DNA of 64,000 bases from Octopus bimaculoides (GCF_001194135.2 NC_068983.1:73326887-73390886); one strand, 5' to 3'; positions 1 through 12,844 are shown, counted from the stretch's first letter. Made by a program: numbers and translations. The notes: generated from the letters alone by a model not told the origin.

Positions 1-2365
1 GTTTTTCGAGATACGAGCTGTCTCTCGGCCGATTTTTTGCTTTGAGTTGCGAGCTAAAATTTGGGTTACGAGTCAGGTTTAGATACCCCACCGCTAGTTG
101 GCGTAGCGAACGCCACAGTGAACGCCATAACATCCGCCCAGCATCCCGTGTTTCACTCGATAGCTAGACAGATATGCATGTTAACAAGTGCAAAGATCAT
201 TAGTATATCGATAGCTAGACAGACATATGTGTTAGCAAGTGTGAAGATCACTAGTGGATCATTAGCTAGACGGGTGTTAAAATGCTTACTTAGTCGTTTC
301 AGGCTACAGAAGCATCAGTGTTGTGCTCGCAATTGTGCTTGCAGTTATTTTGCAAAACTTCCGAAAAAAGTGAGTGCGAAGGACTGTGCTGAGAAGAAGC
401 GGATGATGTGCATTGAATTAAGAAAGAAATTATCGAAAAACATGACCAAGGTGTGCGTGTAGTCGACATGGTGAAGCAGTACGAGCGTAGCATTCTACGA
501 CCTGCACCATACCGAAGCAGAAGGAGTCGACAAAGGCTATAACGCCAGCCAAAGGCGTTAAAATTTCTAAACAGCGGACATCTATCCATGAAAATATGGA
601 GAAGTTTCTGATGGTGTGGTTGAAGGAGAAACAGCTCGTAGGAGATTTCGTGACGGAAACTATAATCTGCGAGAATGCACGAGCTATTTACGCTGATTTG
701 CTGCAGCAGACCCCAGACACTTGTACGGACGAGACATCGGGCGAACCGTTTAAAGCTAGTCGGGGGCTGGTTCGAGAATTTTAAAAAGAGAACCGGCATT
801 CACTCCCTTGTCAGGTATGGTGAGGCAGCAAGAGCGGATACGAAGGCAGCTGAGGGTACCTCAAAACTTTTGCCGGAATTATAGCAGCCGAAAGATACAT
901 CCCCCAGCAAGTCTTCAACTGTGACGAGACAGGACGTTTTTGGAAGAAGATGCCAAGGAGGACTTACATAATGGTAGAGGAGAAGAGGATGCCAGGCCAC
1001 AAACCTATGGAAGATAGGCTAACCCTCGCTCTGTGCGCCAATGCGAGTAGCGACTGCAAGATTAAGCCGTTGCTCGTTTATCGTTCGGAAAACCCCAGAG
1101 CTTTTAAGTCACATAAGATTCTGATAGAAAAACTGCAAGTTATGTGGAGGGCAATTCCAAAGGCGTTGGTCACCAGATAGTTTTCTGTGGAGCGGATGAA
1201 TTTGATCTTTGGTCCTGGCGTTAAGAAATATCTCCAGGAAAATAACCTACCCATGCAAGCCCTTCTTATCCTGGACAATGCATCTGTTCACCAACCTAAC
1301 CTCAAAGATGACATCTTCGAAGGGTCCAAGTTTATAAAAGTTCTCGACCTTCCACCCAGCACCACCCCTACCCTGTAGCCCATGGACCAACAGGAGATTT
1401 TTAATTTAAAGAAGTTCTTCACCAGCACCTGTTCCGCCGCTGCTTTGAGGTGACGGAGAGCACAAACCTCACCCTTCGAGAATTCTGGAAGGACCACTCG
1501 AATATCGTGATATGCCTAAGAATTATCGATATGGCCTGGCAGGGTGTTACAAAGAGGGTCTTGACCTCTGCGTGGAAGAAACTGTGGCCTGAGGTTGTGT
1601 CTGAAACTGACTTTGAAAGACTCGAACCTGAAGCGGCAGTGGTGGAGGAGAGTGTATCTCTCGGCAAGTCCATGGGCCTGGACGTGGATGAAGGTGACAT
1701 CAATGAGCTCATCGAGGAGCACTCCGAGGAACTGACAACGGAAGAGCTAAAGGAGCTACAGACGCAGCAGCACACGGAGGTTTTGCAGGAAATAGGTGAC
1801 GCGGAGGAGACGGAGGGGGTTATCTCTACAAGGAAATGTTGAGAATGTGGGAGAAACTTTCAGACTTTATTCAAAAGAAACACCTAGGAAAAGTTGCAGC
1901 TGGGCGAACTATTTAATGACACTTATCTAACTTATTTCAAAAGTACTCTGAAAGTGAGGATGAAACAGACCTTATTGGACAGGTTTTTATTGAAAACTCC
2001 TGCAGATGAAAGTGAGGAAGGCGTAGAGAAAAGGGAAAAAATCAGTTCAACCTTTTTCCTCCACCTCCGTCAACATTCTCAAGTCGTTTGATCTCCAAGG
2101 TAAATGCTGTACGTAATACTTAATAAAAACAGTTTATTGCAGTACATTCTGTTGTATTGTTTTTATACAGTATTCGTTATTTATAAATACGTGTTTATTA
2201 TTCAAAAACACGTAACAAAAAAAATTGCAGTGTTTTTTTTTTGTGGGGCCGGATCAGATTTGAGGCATTTCAATTCATTTCAACGGGAAAATTTGATTTG
2301 ACATACGAGTAGAGTTACGAGCTCCGTCACGGAACGAATTAAACTCGTAAGTCAAGGTACCACTG
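1..2365 (+). mobile_element. pogo/Tigger-family DNA transposon, decayed; left end lies upstream of the window
   Basis: The right end reads ...ctcgtaagtcaaggtaccactg followed by TA; its reverse complement cagtggtaccttgacttacgag is a typical Tigger TIR. Transposase remnants lie inside. Confidence 0.9.
400..2060 (+). pseudogene. Tigger/pogo (CENP-B HTH + DDE_1) transposase pseudogene with several frameshifts and stops
   Basis: Motifs across frames: MEKFLMVWLKEKQLVGD (CENP-B HTH), FKASRGWFENFKKR, QVFNCDETGRFWKKMPRRTYI, DRLTLALCANA, LLILDNASVH, TLREFWK, LTSAWKKLWP. Confidence 0.92.
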
Positions 2366-3609
2366 TATTCAGTTACAGCTATTTAAACATCTACAACCAC
2401 ACATAATCTACTATGTTTACATTACATTTATTTCTTGAGGTTATCAACATTTTCGTCGCCCCACTGTGTCCTTATCACTGATACAATTCCAGTGCAACTG
2501 TTTGAAACTTAACTACTCTAGAACTAAATAGAAATGTTAAAACAACAGTTTTTGTGTATTTTTACACAGCTAAAATGACTCTTCCAAATTGCTTCAGTTT
2601 CAATACATATTTCAGAGCAAATCACTTGCAGGACAAGTTCAACCCCCATATTTTCAATATCATATACCAATGGCAATTTAAAAACCCAATAAATTTGAAA
2701 TTCACTGGTTTCTGCGACCCTTTATCAGGATAATTTTTATCTGATATTGGAATAACTAGAAAACGGCCAGAAGATACGGGCTTTTTTGAAAGATTCTCAT
2801 TATCCTTCGCGATAGGCAATGCTGCCAACGTCCTACTCGGTGCCTATTTGCTTTTAGACGTGTGTGTGTTTTATATAAGAATTCATACTGAAGAAACTAG
2901 AACCACTGCGGCTATACTGGGTCATCACCTTGAAGGGTTTATATACATACATACATATATGGTGGAAGTCAACTCGTGACTGAGTAAGACCACTTCCAAA
3001 CTCAATAGGGCCCTGCAAACATTCCAAGAGTCCAAAACTAGTGGCACAACAGAAGTGTGAAACAACCAGAAACCAACAGCATTTTATACGTTTGCCTTCT
3101 CCTAGAGGAGAGTTTTAATGAGAAGTAAAGGTCCTTCGTTCCCAGTAGTTTACATGCTAATTAACCCATAGTAGGGACTCTAACAGGTGCTACTACTCTA
3201 GATCAGAGTAGATCGGGGAACAATAGTAGCTAAGAGGTGGTTCCGCGTTTCTCAAAATCCTGGTACACCCCCTGCTACCGGATGCAGTATAACTCATACC
3301 TAGGACATTTTACACACACACATACAAGAAAATCGCAGCCGGTCGCACAACCGTTTTTCAAAGCAACTGCTGGCTGATAAAGTAAACGTGGAGATATAAA
3401 CTTAACGGTTGCCAAAATAAAGTGGCAGTCGGGTGTTGTAGAAAAACCGTCTCCATCCAACCTTCACGTCTTGGACATTTCGGTAGGTCACGTATAAGTG
3501 AGTCTGTTAGCTCATAAGCATCTGAAAACACATTCACGAAAGGTATAATGAAAACGTACACACACTCAAAAGCGCATGCCAATGCGTGTTGATTGCGAGT
3601 AACAACTGT

Positions 3610-3803
3610 ATTTTCCGACATACAAGTCAACATAATATTGAAGTGTTAACATTCAAACATCGTCACTACCTTTCCAAATCCTACTGCATTTCCCATGGAA
3701 TTCTTGGTCTTAAAGAGTCGTCTTGGTGTATAAGTTGAACAATCATTTTGGACTGTAAATTTCAATCTGAAAAATTCGATTTGTATGCCAGAAAATACGG
3801 TAA
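3610..3803. other. Unidentified dispersed segment, copy 1 (paralog at 34878-35068), possibly decayed coding sequence
   Basis: Aligns by eye at roughly 75-80% to 34878-35068, for example aacattcaaacat..ctttccaaatcct..catggaatt..tcttggtgtata..ctgaaaaattc..aaaatacggtaa. Confidence 0.7.
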
Positions 3804-4669
3804 TGTTTCCTTTCCCTTTATTTATGATCTTTGAGAAAGTATTAGCTATTATGTCTAGCATGTGAAGGACCACGTACAAGCTCCCAACGCTGCTTCCTGT
3901 CTCAGTTGTGAGCCATTTCAGTTCACTTTGTTCACTTTGTGAAAGAAAGGCATGAATGTCTCAGCTAGCACTTTTACCGTTTCTCCTTAATTCAATCACC
4001 GAATCATTCAATATAGCTAACTTCTGTATTGCTGAATGTCAGTGATTATAAATCTTCAAACAAAATTGCAGTCACTTGATTTGATGTCTGAAACTATTTA
4101 TTGTGCGGCTGCGTTTGAAATAATAAATAGTTTATCAGTTCACAACCACCACAGCTTGACAACAACTGCCAATAATTTACTTAGCGGATTAAAAGGGATT
4201 AGAAGGCTTCAGATATTTAATTGACACGATCCGATACATTGTAGTTATCTATTTTATTGACTCCGTGAGAAGGCTAAAAATCTACGCTGTTTTGTTATTA
4301 AGGACTTGCATTCGATTTGTGATTACTTCCCTTTAAAAAGCGCCGCTCGTTGCTTAGCGCTACGTCAGCTCTGATCGAACAAACCTTATCCTATGGTCAA
4401 AGGCATTCATGTTATTCCGGAGATTCACTATTGGGTAATACTTGTTTCAAAACATGTATATTAGTGGGTACAGTGCAGCAGTAGATACATCTCTTCACGT
4501 TCTAAAATCAAACCACACCCGAATCGACTTTGACTAAGCTGGCTAAATAGAATTATTGGGGTTAGAGTAATCAACTAGACATCGCCCTCACTCCAAGGGG
4601 AAACAAAAAAGAGAAGAAAAAAAATGTGTGGAGTTGTATCAATGTTTAAAATGGTAGTCGTAGCAAATT

Positions 4670-4872
4670 TCATTAAAAAACATCCATTTTTCTGGAAGTT
4701 ATCAGGAAACAGAATAAGCTCGAGTGAATTATCCGAAACTCCTCCCCTTCTTTCCGCCGAAAAAAAATTTCAAAACAAATTCCGATACAATCAGAATCTG
4801 AGCCACCTGGAAAGTATTTGTAGAACATTCCATTAAAAAAATATCCATTTTTCTGAAAGTTATGAGGAAACA
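4670..4872 (+). repeat. Dispersed repeat with an internal ~42 bp direct repeat; related copy at ~7545-7700
   Basis: cattaaaaaa(c/a)atccatttttctg(g/a)aagttat(c/g)aggaaaca occurs at ~4670 and ~4831. gtgaattatccgaaactcct and tatttgtagaa are shared with 7545-7700. Confidence 0.55.
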
Positions 4873-5150
4873 AATTCAGTAGAGGGTACGTACACTCGTG
4901 TAGGCAGAATGTTGATATCAATAGTACTCAACAAGAAAAACGGATTCTAACTGACCATCCCATTTAGTTTTCCGAGACATAATATATCTAGAATTACATT
5001 ATCCAATACATTCTTCGTTTAAAAGACGCTGAGGTTTGATTAGAAGGAGATTTATTTGGCTACAAGAGCAAGTAGAACAACCATGTAAAAGCTCTGTTGA
5101 AGTGCAACCAAATCTTCACATTTTTCTTTACTGTCTTAGAAATAGTGGTA

Positions 5151-5410
5151 TCTCTTTTACTCTCTTTTACTTGTTTCAGTCATTTGACTGCGGCCATGCT
5201 GGAGCACCGCCGTTTAGTCGAGCAAATCGACCCCAGGAATTATTCTTTGGAAGCCTAGTACTTATTCTATCGGTCTCTTTTGCCGAACCGCTAAGTTACG
5301 GGGACGTAAACACACGAGCATCGGTTGTCAAGCGATGTTGGGGGACAAACACAGACACAAACATATACACACACACATATATATATACATATATACGACG
5401 GGCTTCTTTC
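5151..5410 (-). mobile_element. SINE family A, 3' half; runs into an N gap
   Basis: Family A tail cttgtttcagtcatttgactgcggccatgctggagcaccgcc...gccgaaccgctaagttacggggacgtaaacac. Confidence 0.85.
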
Positions 5411-6974
5411 NNNNNNNNNNNNNNNNNNNNNNNNNNNNNNNNNNNNNNNNNNNNNNNNNNNNNNNNNNNNNNNNNNNNNNNNNNNNNNNNNNNNNNNNNN
5501 NNNNNNNNNNNNNNNNNNNNNNNNNNNNNNNNNNNNNNNNNNNNNNNNNNNNNNNNNNNNNNNNNNNNNNNNNNNNNNNNNNNNNNNNNNNNNNNNNNNN
5601 NNNNNNNNNNNNNNNNNNNNNNNNNNNNNNNNNNNNNNNNNNNNNNNNNNNNNNNNNNNNNNNNNNNNNNNAAGACGTGATGGTTACAGCTTAAATATCA
5701 GGCGAACGATATAGGTTTGTCACAGAAATATATTTCTTCAACTCATAGCCGCCATCAGCACCTAGACTGAAGTATAGTATAAATGGGGAAAAAAAAAAGA
5801 ACATAACTATGGGCTGTGCTTAGTCCACTGATGGCGAACACTTTTTGTTCAGGATATCGAAATTATAATTTCTTTAGCAACCTCATTATTAGTGTTATTT
5901 GTTTCTGATGAATGCTTGTAGATAAACTTTTTATGACGATCGAGCTAGAAGGTTTTTTTTTTCTTCTCTAAACCCATCACTATACCACAACAAAACAGTG
6001 TCACTGTTGACTAGGGACTTCGTAAGAAATGTTGCAAAGATCACCAAGGTTTCTTTGGGGTCTCAGATGCTGCTGCCTCCTCTCAAAATTCAAAGGGACT
6101 GGAAATTGTTTCTGATTGAGGGGGGCCTTGGCTATCCGGATCCAGTTGAACCCCTCTCTCATAGACCCTACTGTTTGCACGTCTGTCATCGCCCCACCCT
6201 CATTGGCCAAGTCATTGAGTACTTATAAATCGATCAGTGCTGACTCGGGGCTACACGATAACAGCATGAACGAGAAGAGGATTGGAGAGGTTTGACATTC
6301 GGTATGTGCGATTGGGGTATGGATGGACTGGGTGCACCAAGTTCGATTAAGCTATTTCATTTTATTTACTCAACCTTTTCTTTGTATCAATGACTTACAT
6401 TCGTAAGCAGCAACTAAATGGAAAGATGATGGAACGTAGGGTCTCAGTCTGGCTAAATTATCCAAGACAGGCCATTATATATAAAGGTAACACTTTCACA
6501 TATTCTTCGAATGAGATAACGTTTTCATTTTAATCTACTAACCTACAACCAAAACGAAAACACTATTTGTTGTCTCTTCCAACGCTCCGAGACAAAGGGA
6601 AAAAAAAAACAAAAACAAACCAAAAGTTAGATTCGTTAGCCACTCCTCAATAACCGTCCTCATCGAATTTTCTATATACTCGTTATTTGGACAAAAAATC
6701 TTGTGCAATATGGAAAGCAGTTGTTGACTGTGGTTTAACTCCCGAGTTTAAAAACGTTACAAATGTTTAGAAAGAATCTTGATTACGTCCTTGCCATCAA
6801 TCTTTAGTACTCGTTTAGCAGACATAGCTAATGGCTGGCTGTGCCTCATGAATACTCTTTCAGCTACTCCAGAACAGTTTTGCACTGTCGCACTCACTTG
6901 AATGTAAATGCATGTATAGTTCATATTAGCCAGATTTAAGTCAATGAGGGATCTTCTACATGATTGTTTGACTT

Positions 6975-7150
6975 GCTAAAAGTAGCAGACAAATCTCCTT
7001 CAAATCACACCCCGCCGTCTTAATAGAGAAAAGACACATAAGATAATACAATCTGAATATCCTCTAAAAGGACGATATGGTCGTAGCAAGAATGTTTTCA
7101 ATTATGAGCTTACTCAATCGAGAGTAACCGGGGCTGAAAAACAACAACTA
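6975..7150 (+). repeat. Family D old SINE-like repeat ending in (CAA)n
   Basis: agtagcagacaaatctccttcaaatcacacc...ggggctgaaaaacaacaac; homologs at ~23045, 23740, 51175, 54385 and 54775. Confidence 0.55.
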
Positions 7151-8025
7151 AAGACGCCTTCACGTAAACATTTAATTATCTAAAAATGGCAACCAAATAT
7201 CACTCAAACGACATCTTATAATCATAAGAATAGAAGATCATGCATTGATAACCTAGAGTGAAATAGTAACAACACTTTGAAAGACTGCGACCAAATCTAC
7301 TTCAAATCCATTTTATGGAGAAAAAAAAACAACAAAAATGACACCTTGAATAATGTAGTCCTTGATACACTCTATCAAAAAAAAAAAAAAAAAAGAATTG
7401 ACGGTCACGGTTGATTTGAAGCTGAATATATATGTATGCCTTACATGTAAATTACATACATACATTCTCTCTCCCACCTCTCTCTTTCTCTTGTTCATAT
7501 TTGTGTTAAAACACTAAATTGCGATATAATCGCAATCCATACCATCTGAAATATCCATTTCGTGTGAATTATCCGAAACTCCTCACACCTATATTGAATA
7601 ACTTTTTTTTGCAATAAATGCCCATATAATCGGAATCTATACCATTTGAAAGGTATTTGTAGAAAATTTCATTAAAAATATTCATTTTTATGAACAAAAA
7701 ATCGGAGGGAGCACAATTGTGTAGTTATACTGACTGGTTTACTGCAATAGCTTTTGTTGCTACAACTATTGTTAACTGCGTCTCTAGAATATTTTCCTGT
7801 GTGGGGAAGGGGAATAGTCATAGTTTTGCAGACTTTTTCAGACCAATAAAGTCTGATTGATAATGTTCAGCTTGACTGTTTGCAGGCTGACGACTGTAGG
7901 GTTAATGTACACTACGAGAAAACTCCAGAAGAGTCTTAGTTCCGGGAAGGAAGGATCTGCCTAAACATTTACCACTCTGTGGAGATGACATGAGGAGGAG
8001 TGGCTTGTGGGTCATGTAGGCTGGG

Positions 8026-8321
8026 CAGTAGCGTGGCTAAGGGGGTGATTGCACTGAAAAGCGGTTTCAATGCTGTACAATGCTTTATCCACTCAAAACA
8101 AATGCACCTACAGAGGAACTTCTTGGATTCTTGGAATATTTGCACTGACTTGTTGAGTGGTCTTACTCGGTCACGAGTTGACTTCGACCATATGTGGGGC
8201 ACAAGAGCGATCCGTCCTGGGCGAAGCTTTTATGGGACGCAACACCTTTGAATTTGCTGTATAAGCCTGTATAGGCCGCAACGGCCTAGGGAGGGTGGTA
8301 CACACTCTAGCTACGCCATAG
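8026..8321 (+). mobile_element. hAT-type MITE
   Basis: Imperfect TIRs cagtagcgtggcta / tagctacgccatag; 8-bp flanks aggctggg and aggcttgg (7/8 match). Confidence 0.7.
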
Positions 8322-9445
8322 AGGCTTGGTGTGGGGCTGTATTGATTCTGCCCTAGGGTAAAGAGGTCCGAACTGGACAGACCTGTGATCAAAGGTATTC
8401 AAGCTTTTTTTCTTTCTTTTTCTAATACAGTGTATTAGGGTGTAACGTGTAATTTAAAGGAAATTTGCCTGCTCTTTCCAGTAGGTCAAACTACTGTTTG
8501 ATTTGTATGGTTGGGGATTTCTAAAACGACTATTAATTTATGTTAGGGATACTTGAAGTTAACTGTTGCCCCTAACATTAGGTAATTCTCATTCTTAAGA
8601 AGGAGGAATATGGTCTGAGGGTGATTTGGCTGCAGTTTCTAGCTAGTTGGATGATTTACTAGAAATAGCAACCAAGTCTATATACCCCTCTTCCTATTAA
8701 CTCGTCATAAATGTATAGCCAGCCATCGACCGTGAACACGCACAGCGTGACAGAATGTACCATGTTTTCGCTAATTCGATTAGATGCCTGCAGAATCACA
8801 AACAGATATTGACATCCTCTCAGTCCCCTTACCCTTGTCCCAGTGGAACATCCAGGGTGTGAGAGTTGGAAGGAAAGGGCTGCACTAACACCCGGCTCGT
8901 ATTCATTTCTGTTGAGTATACGAGGACAACGTGAAATGAAGGCTAAGCACTAAGCTGAGTACTAGACTACGCATCTTTACTCAACGATTCAGTATTCCAT
9001 TTCCTAACAATATGGGTGAAGAATACCTCAAAATAGTGTTCTGCATAAATATGGGAACGTTTCACATATATAACTTCGCAAGTTAGAAATCTTCGGCCAA
9101 CTGAGACTATCCAACAAGGGGAATGACTCCGTAGAAACTGGCAGTCGGGACGTTTTACGTTTCCACAGTAGGTTATTATCATCAATTCATAAAAATATTC
9201 AAAGTTGGCAAAGTTTTCAAAATATAGCGGAAGTAGTCCAAAAGTAAATTGAACCAGGAACCATGTGGTTAGAAAGCAAACTTCTTACCACAAAGCCAAG
9301 CCTATGCATACTTTTTTACACACACACACACACACACAAATATATATATTATATATACATACATATGCATAGACACACACACATATATATACATAAGTAT
9401 ACATACGCACGTGTGGCATATATATATATATATATATATGATATA

Positions 9446-9854
9446 TTCTTTTATACGTTTTAGTCATTTTACTGCGGCCATGCTGGAGCATCGCCTTAAA
9501 GGGCTTAGTCGGAGGAATCGACCCCAGGACTTATTCTATCGATCTCTTTTGCCGAACCACTAAGTTACGGGGACATAAACACACCAACATCGGCTGTCAA
9601 GCGATGGTGGTGGTGGTGGGGGGGACAAACACAGACACATAGGTACACACACACACACACATATATATACACACACACGTATATATATACGACAGGCTTC
9701 TTTCAGTTTCCGTCTACCAAATCCAATGATAAGGCTTTGGTTGGCTCGAGGCCACAGTAGAAGACACTTATCTAAAATGCCACGCAGTGGGACTGAACCA
9801 GAAGCCATGTGATTGGGAAGCAAACGTCTTACCACACAGCTACGCCTGCGCCTA
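9446..9854 (-). mobile_element. SINE family A, near full length
   Basis: Tail, internal (CA/TA)n microsatellite and tRNA-like head ending ...cttaccacacagctacgcctgcgccta. Confidence 0.85.
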
Positions 9855-10122
9855 CACACACACACACACACACACTCGCATCTAAACATATGTACATACA
9901 CTCTAAGTTGCATAAATTTCTGAAAGGCTCTGTATAACTATAAACGTTACTTCTAAGCCCAATCGAGTGACACTCTGCTTCTGTGGTCCAGGCTGATTTT
10001 TTCTTTCGCGTTTAACATTGAACACTCCGGTGGTGACCACAGTGAATGGGTATGTAAGGTGATAACTTCGTTAGGGTAAGAAATATATCTCTCTTTCTGT
10101 AATACTTGTTTCAAGTGTGCAT

Positions 10123-10285
10123 CTACGAGGGATTGCTGAAAAGTTCATGGCTTTAAGGGTATCGCGAAAAGCTTAGTTGGAGGCCCGTGTTCTTCTACAG
10201 GGCTTAGAAAAACCGAAGGACCGCTGCAATAAGTCTCTGAATCTGAGAGGGGAATATGTTGAATAAAATCATAATTAACTGATCT
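10123..10285 (+). mobile_element. Mariner-type MITE fragment, same family as 50113-50317 in the opposite orientation
   Basis: tacgagggattgctgaaaagttcatggcttt (TIR) and aatatgttgaataaaatcataattaactgat match the reverse complement of 50113-50317. Confidence 0.65.
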
Positions 10286-11069
10286 AACTGTATTTTCTTT
10301 TACCCAACAAGCGGGCCGCACTACTAAAGCCAGGAACTTCCACCCTTAGATCAGGCACGAGCAACCTTTTTCGAGAAGCAGGCCACATAAGACATGACTC
10401 ATCAACAAGGCAAACCGCGCTATTAAAACAAATTAAGGTAATTTTCGTTAGGTATGCCAACCAGTAAGTCACGCGGGCAGTAACTGATCTAGATGTTAAC
10501 GTTATTTGCTATATATTCCTAGTCAGGCCCTATATCCTCCAATATGTACTTACTGTTTTTTTTTCTCTAACGGAAAAGGTGTGAGTTCAGGAAGATTTGA
10601 TTGTTATTTCTTGTAGATCGAGTGACCACGTAGAGCAGGAGGAGCCCATGACCGTGAATAAGGTTTCGTCTTTACTAAAGAAGTTCTCTAAAACCTAATT
10701 TTTGGTTAATTAAAATATTATAACACTTTAATCAGTGTTGCTTAGTGTGATGACGAGGAAAGGAAGCGAATAAGTAAAGCCATTTAAGAGCGTTCGATAA
10801 AATGCCTCGCGGTATTTGCTTCAATTCAATGACTTTAAATCCTGCCGAGGTTAACTTGTCTCGTTTGTGTCGCTATGAGGGGAGATAAATAAAAGTTCAA
10901 ATCTAAGTACAGGGTGGGTGGGTTCATCTCTTGACCTGCTCCTTCTTCTTGGAACCACTTATGTTAATGAAATCACCCGCAGCGACACTTTCTCCAGAAA
11001 TGGAAAAGTGCTGAGTAGAGGGGGTGGATTTAGTAATCTTTTCTCATAGGAAAACTGACATCACACACA

Positions 11070-11230
11070 CCACCTTGAAGGGTTCAGTCGAACAAATCGA
11101 CCCTAGTACTTATTTAAAAAAAAAAATTGGTACTTATTCTACCTGTATCTTATGTCGAACCGCTAGATTCTGGGACGTAAACAAACCAACACCGATTGTC
11201 GAGCGGTGGTGGTGAGGAACAAACAAAGAC
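11070..11230 (-). mobile_element. SINE family A-related tail fragment (diverged subfamily)
   Basis: caccttgaagggttcagtcgaacaaatcgaccctagtactt...gtcgaaccgctag...gggacgtaaac. Confidence 0.6.
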
Positions 11231-12045
11231 CTTCGATTGAAGCCTCCAAGGTGTGGTGTGGTGTNNNNNNNNNNNNNNNNNNNNNNNNNNNNNNNNNNNN
11301 NNNNNNNNNNNNNNNNNNNNNNNNNNNNNNNNNNNNNNNNNNNNNNNNNNNNNNNNNNNNNNNNNNNNNNNNNNNNNNNNNNNNNNNNNNNNNNNNNNNN
11401 NNNNNNNNNNNNNNNNNNNNNNNNNNNNNNNNNNNNNNNNNNNNNNNNNNNNNNNNNNNNNNNNNNNNNNNNNNNNNNNNNNNNNNNNNNNNNNNNNNNN
11501 NNNNNNNNNNNNNNNNNNNNNNNNNNNNNNNNNNNNNNNNNNNNNNNNNNNNNNNNNNNNNNNNNNNNNNNNNNNNNNNNNNNNNNNNNNNNNNNNNNNN
11601 NNNNNNNNNNNNNNNNNNNNNNNNNNNNNNNNNNNNNNNNNNNNNNNNNNNNNNNNNNNNNNNNNNNNNNNNNNNNNNNNNNNNNNNNNNNNNNNNNNNN
11701 NNNNNNNNNNNNNNNNNNNNNNNNNNNNNNNNNNNNNNNNNNNNNNNNNNNNNNNNNNNNNNNNNNNNNNNNNNNNNNNNNNNNNNNNNNNNNNNNNNNN
11801 NNNNNNNNNNNNNNNNNNNNNNNNNNNNNNNNNNNNNNNNNNNNNNNNNNNNNNNNNNNNNNNNNNNNNNNNNNNNNNNNNNNNNNNNNNNNNNNNNNNN
11901 NNNNNNNNNNNNNNNNNNNNNNNNNNNNNNNNNNNNNNNNNNNNNNNNNNNNNNNNNNNNNNNNNNNNNNNNNNNNNNNNNNNNNNNNNNNNNNNNNNNN
12001 NNNNNNNNNNNNNNNNNNNNNNNNNNNNNNNNNNNNNNNNNNNNN

Positions 12046-12196
12046 TTCACCACAGCTTTCTCTCACTCTTTCCTCCTGCATCTAGCAGCTCACCTACGAC
12101 GGACCTGCGTCCCATCCAGGTGGGGAACCTTTTGGTCAATGAAATCGGGAAACCGACCCTTATGAGCCAGGTATGGCTCGAGAAGGAACAAACAAC
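12046..12196 (+). mobile_element. SINE 3' part: family-B body motif joined to a different tail
   Basis: ttcaccacagctttctctcactctt (as in family B), then ...gtcccatccaggtggggaacc...gggaaaccgacccttatgagccaggtatggctcgagaaggaacaaacaacaa. Confidence 0.55.
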
Positions 12197-12480
12197 AAGG
12201 GCGGCGAGCTGGTAGAAGCATTACCGCACCGGACAAAATGCTTATCGGCATTTCGTCTGTCTTTACATTCTGAGCTCAAATTGCATCGAGGACAACTTTT
12301 CTTTTCATCCTTTTAAGGCGGCGGGCTGGCAGAATCATTAGCACGCCGGACAAAATGCTTAACAACATTTCGTCTGTCTTTACGTTCTGAGTTCAAAACC
12401 CACCGAGATCGACTTTAACTTTCATCCTTTCGAGGGCGATAAAATAAGTATCAATTGTACAATGGAGTCGATATAATTGA
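12197..12480 (+). mobile_element. Two tandem SINE family C heads (12197-12314 and 12315-12480)
   Basis: aaggcggcg(a/g)gctgg(t/c)agaa...ttctgag(c/t)tcaaa...tttcatcctt occurs twice. Confidence 0.75.
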
Positions 12481-12844
12481 CTTACGACCTTTCCCGAAAT
12501 CCCTGGCTTTCCGCCAAAATTTGAAACCGTTATTTTGGAGTTGGTAAAGCTATCAACACTTGTAACACCATAAAGTTGAAGAGATAAGTAAACGAAGTGG
12601 CCGCCGCCATTACTAGAAATAGCAGCTTAAATGACTCAGATTACACCCAAATGTCATTGAAAATTAAAACATTGGATTATGAAGTCCTGGATACTACTGT
12701 ATCGGACTTTAAGATTGGATGGTCACGGTTATAATGTCTTTGATTATGGAACTGCTAAGTACTAACAGCAACAACAACAGCTAGAAAGCTGATATATAAT
12801 TAAAGATAGCTTAATTGACGGCATAATTAATAAGCTCAAATTAT

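Noticed and set aside
2770-2850. FFERFSLSFA resembling the CD38/ADP-ribosyl cyclase FW...S..FA motif
   Set aside because: No other cyclase motifs or conserved cysteines; spacing is off.
5998-6330. GC-richer stretch with short ORFs on both strands
   Set aside because: No recognisable motif; probably a decayed retroelement fragment, but I cannot support a call.
7886-7925. CTGACGA..gtag/ctac..gagaaa hammerhead-like string
   Set aside because: The GAAA is out of register and there are no helices I or III.
9040-9065. KYGNVS peptide matching the end of the 3.8-kb segment with synonymous differences
   Set aside because: Only 6 residues, the flanks do not align, and a match this short is plausible by chance in a six-frame 64-kb search.
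11134-12215. Long ORFs spanning N gaps (also at 5036, 27785, 29633, 41894, 44108, 46646 and 58371)
   Set aside because: Their length comes from runs of N.
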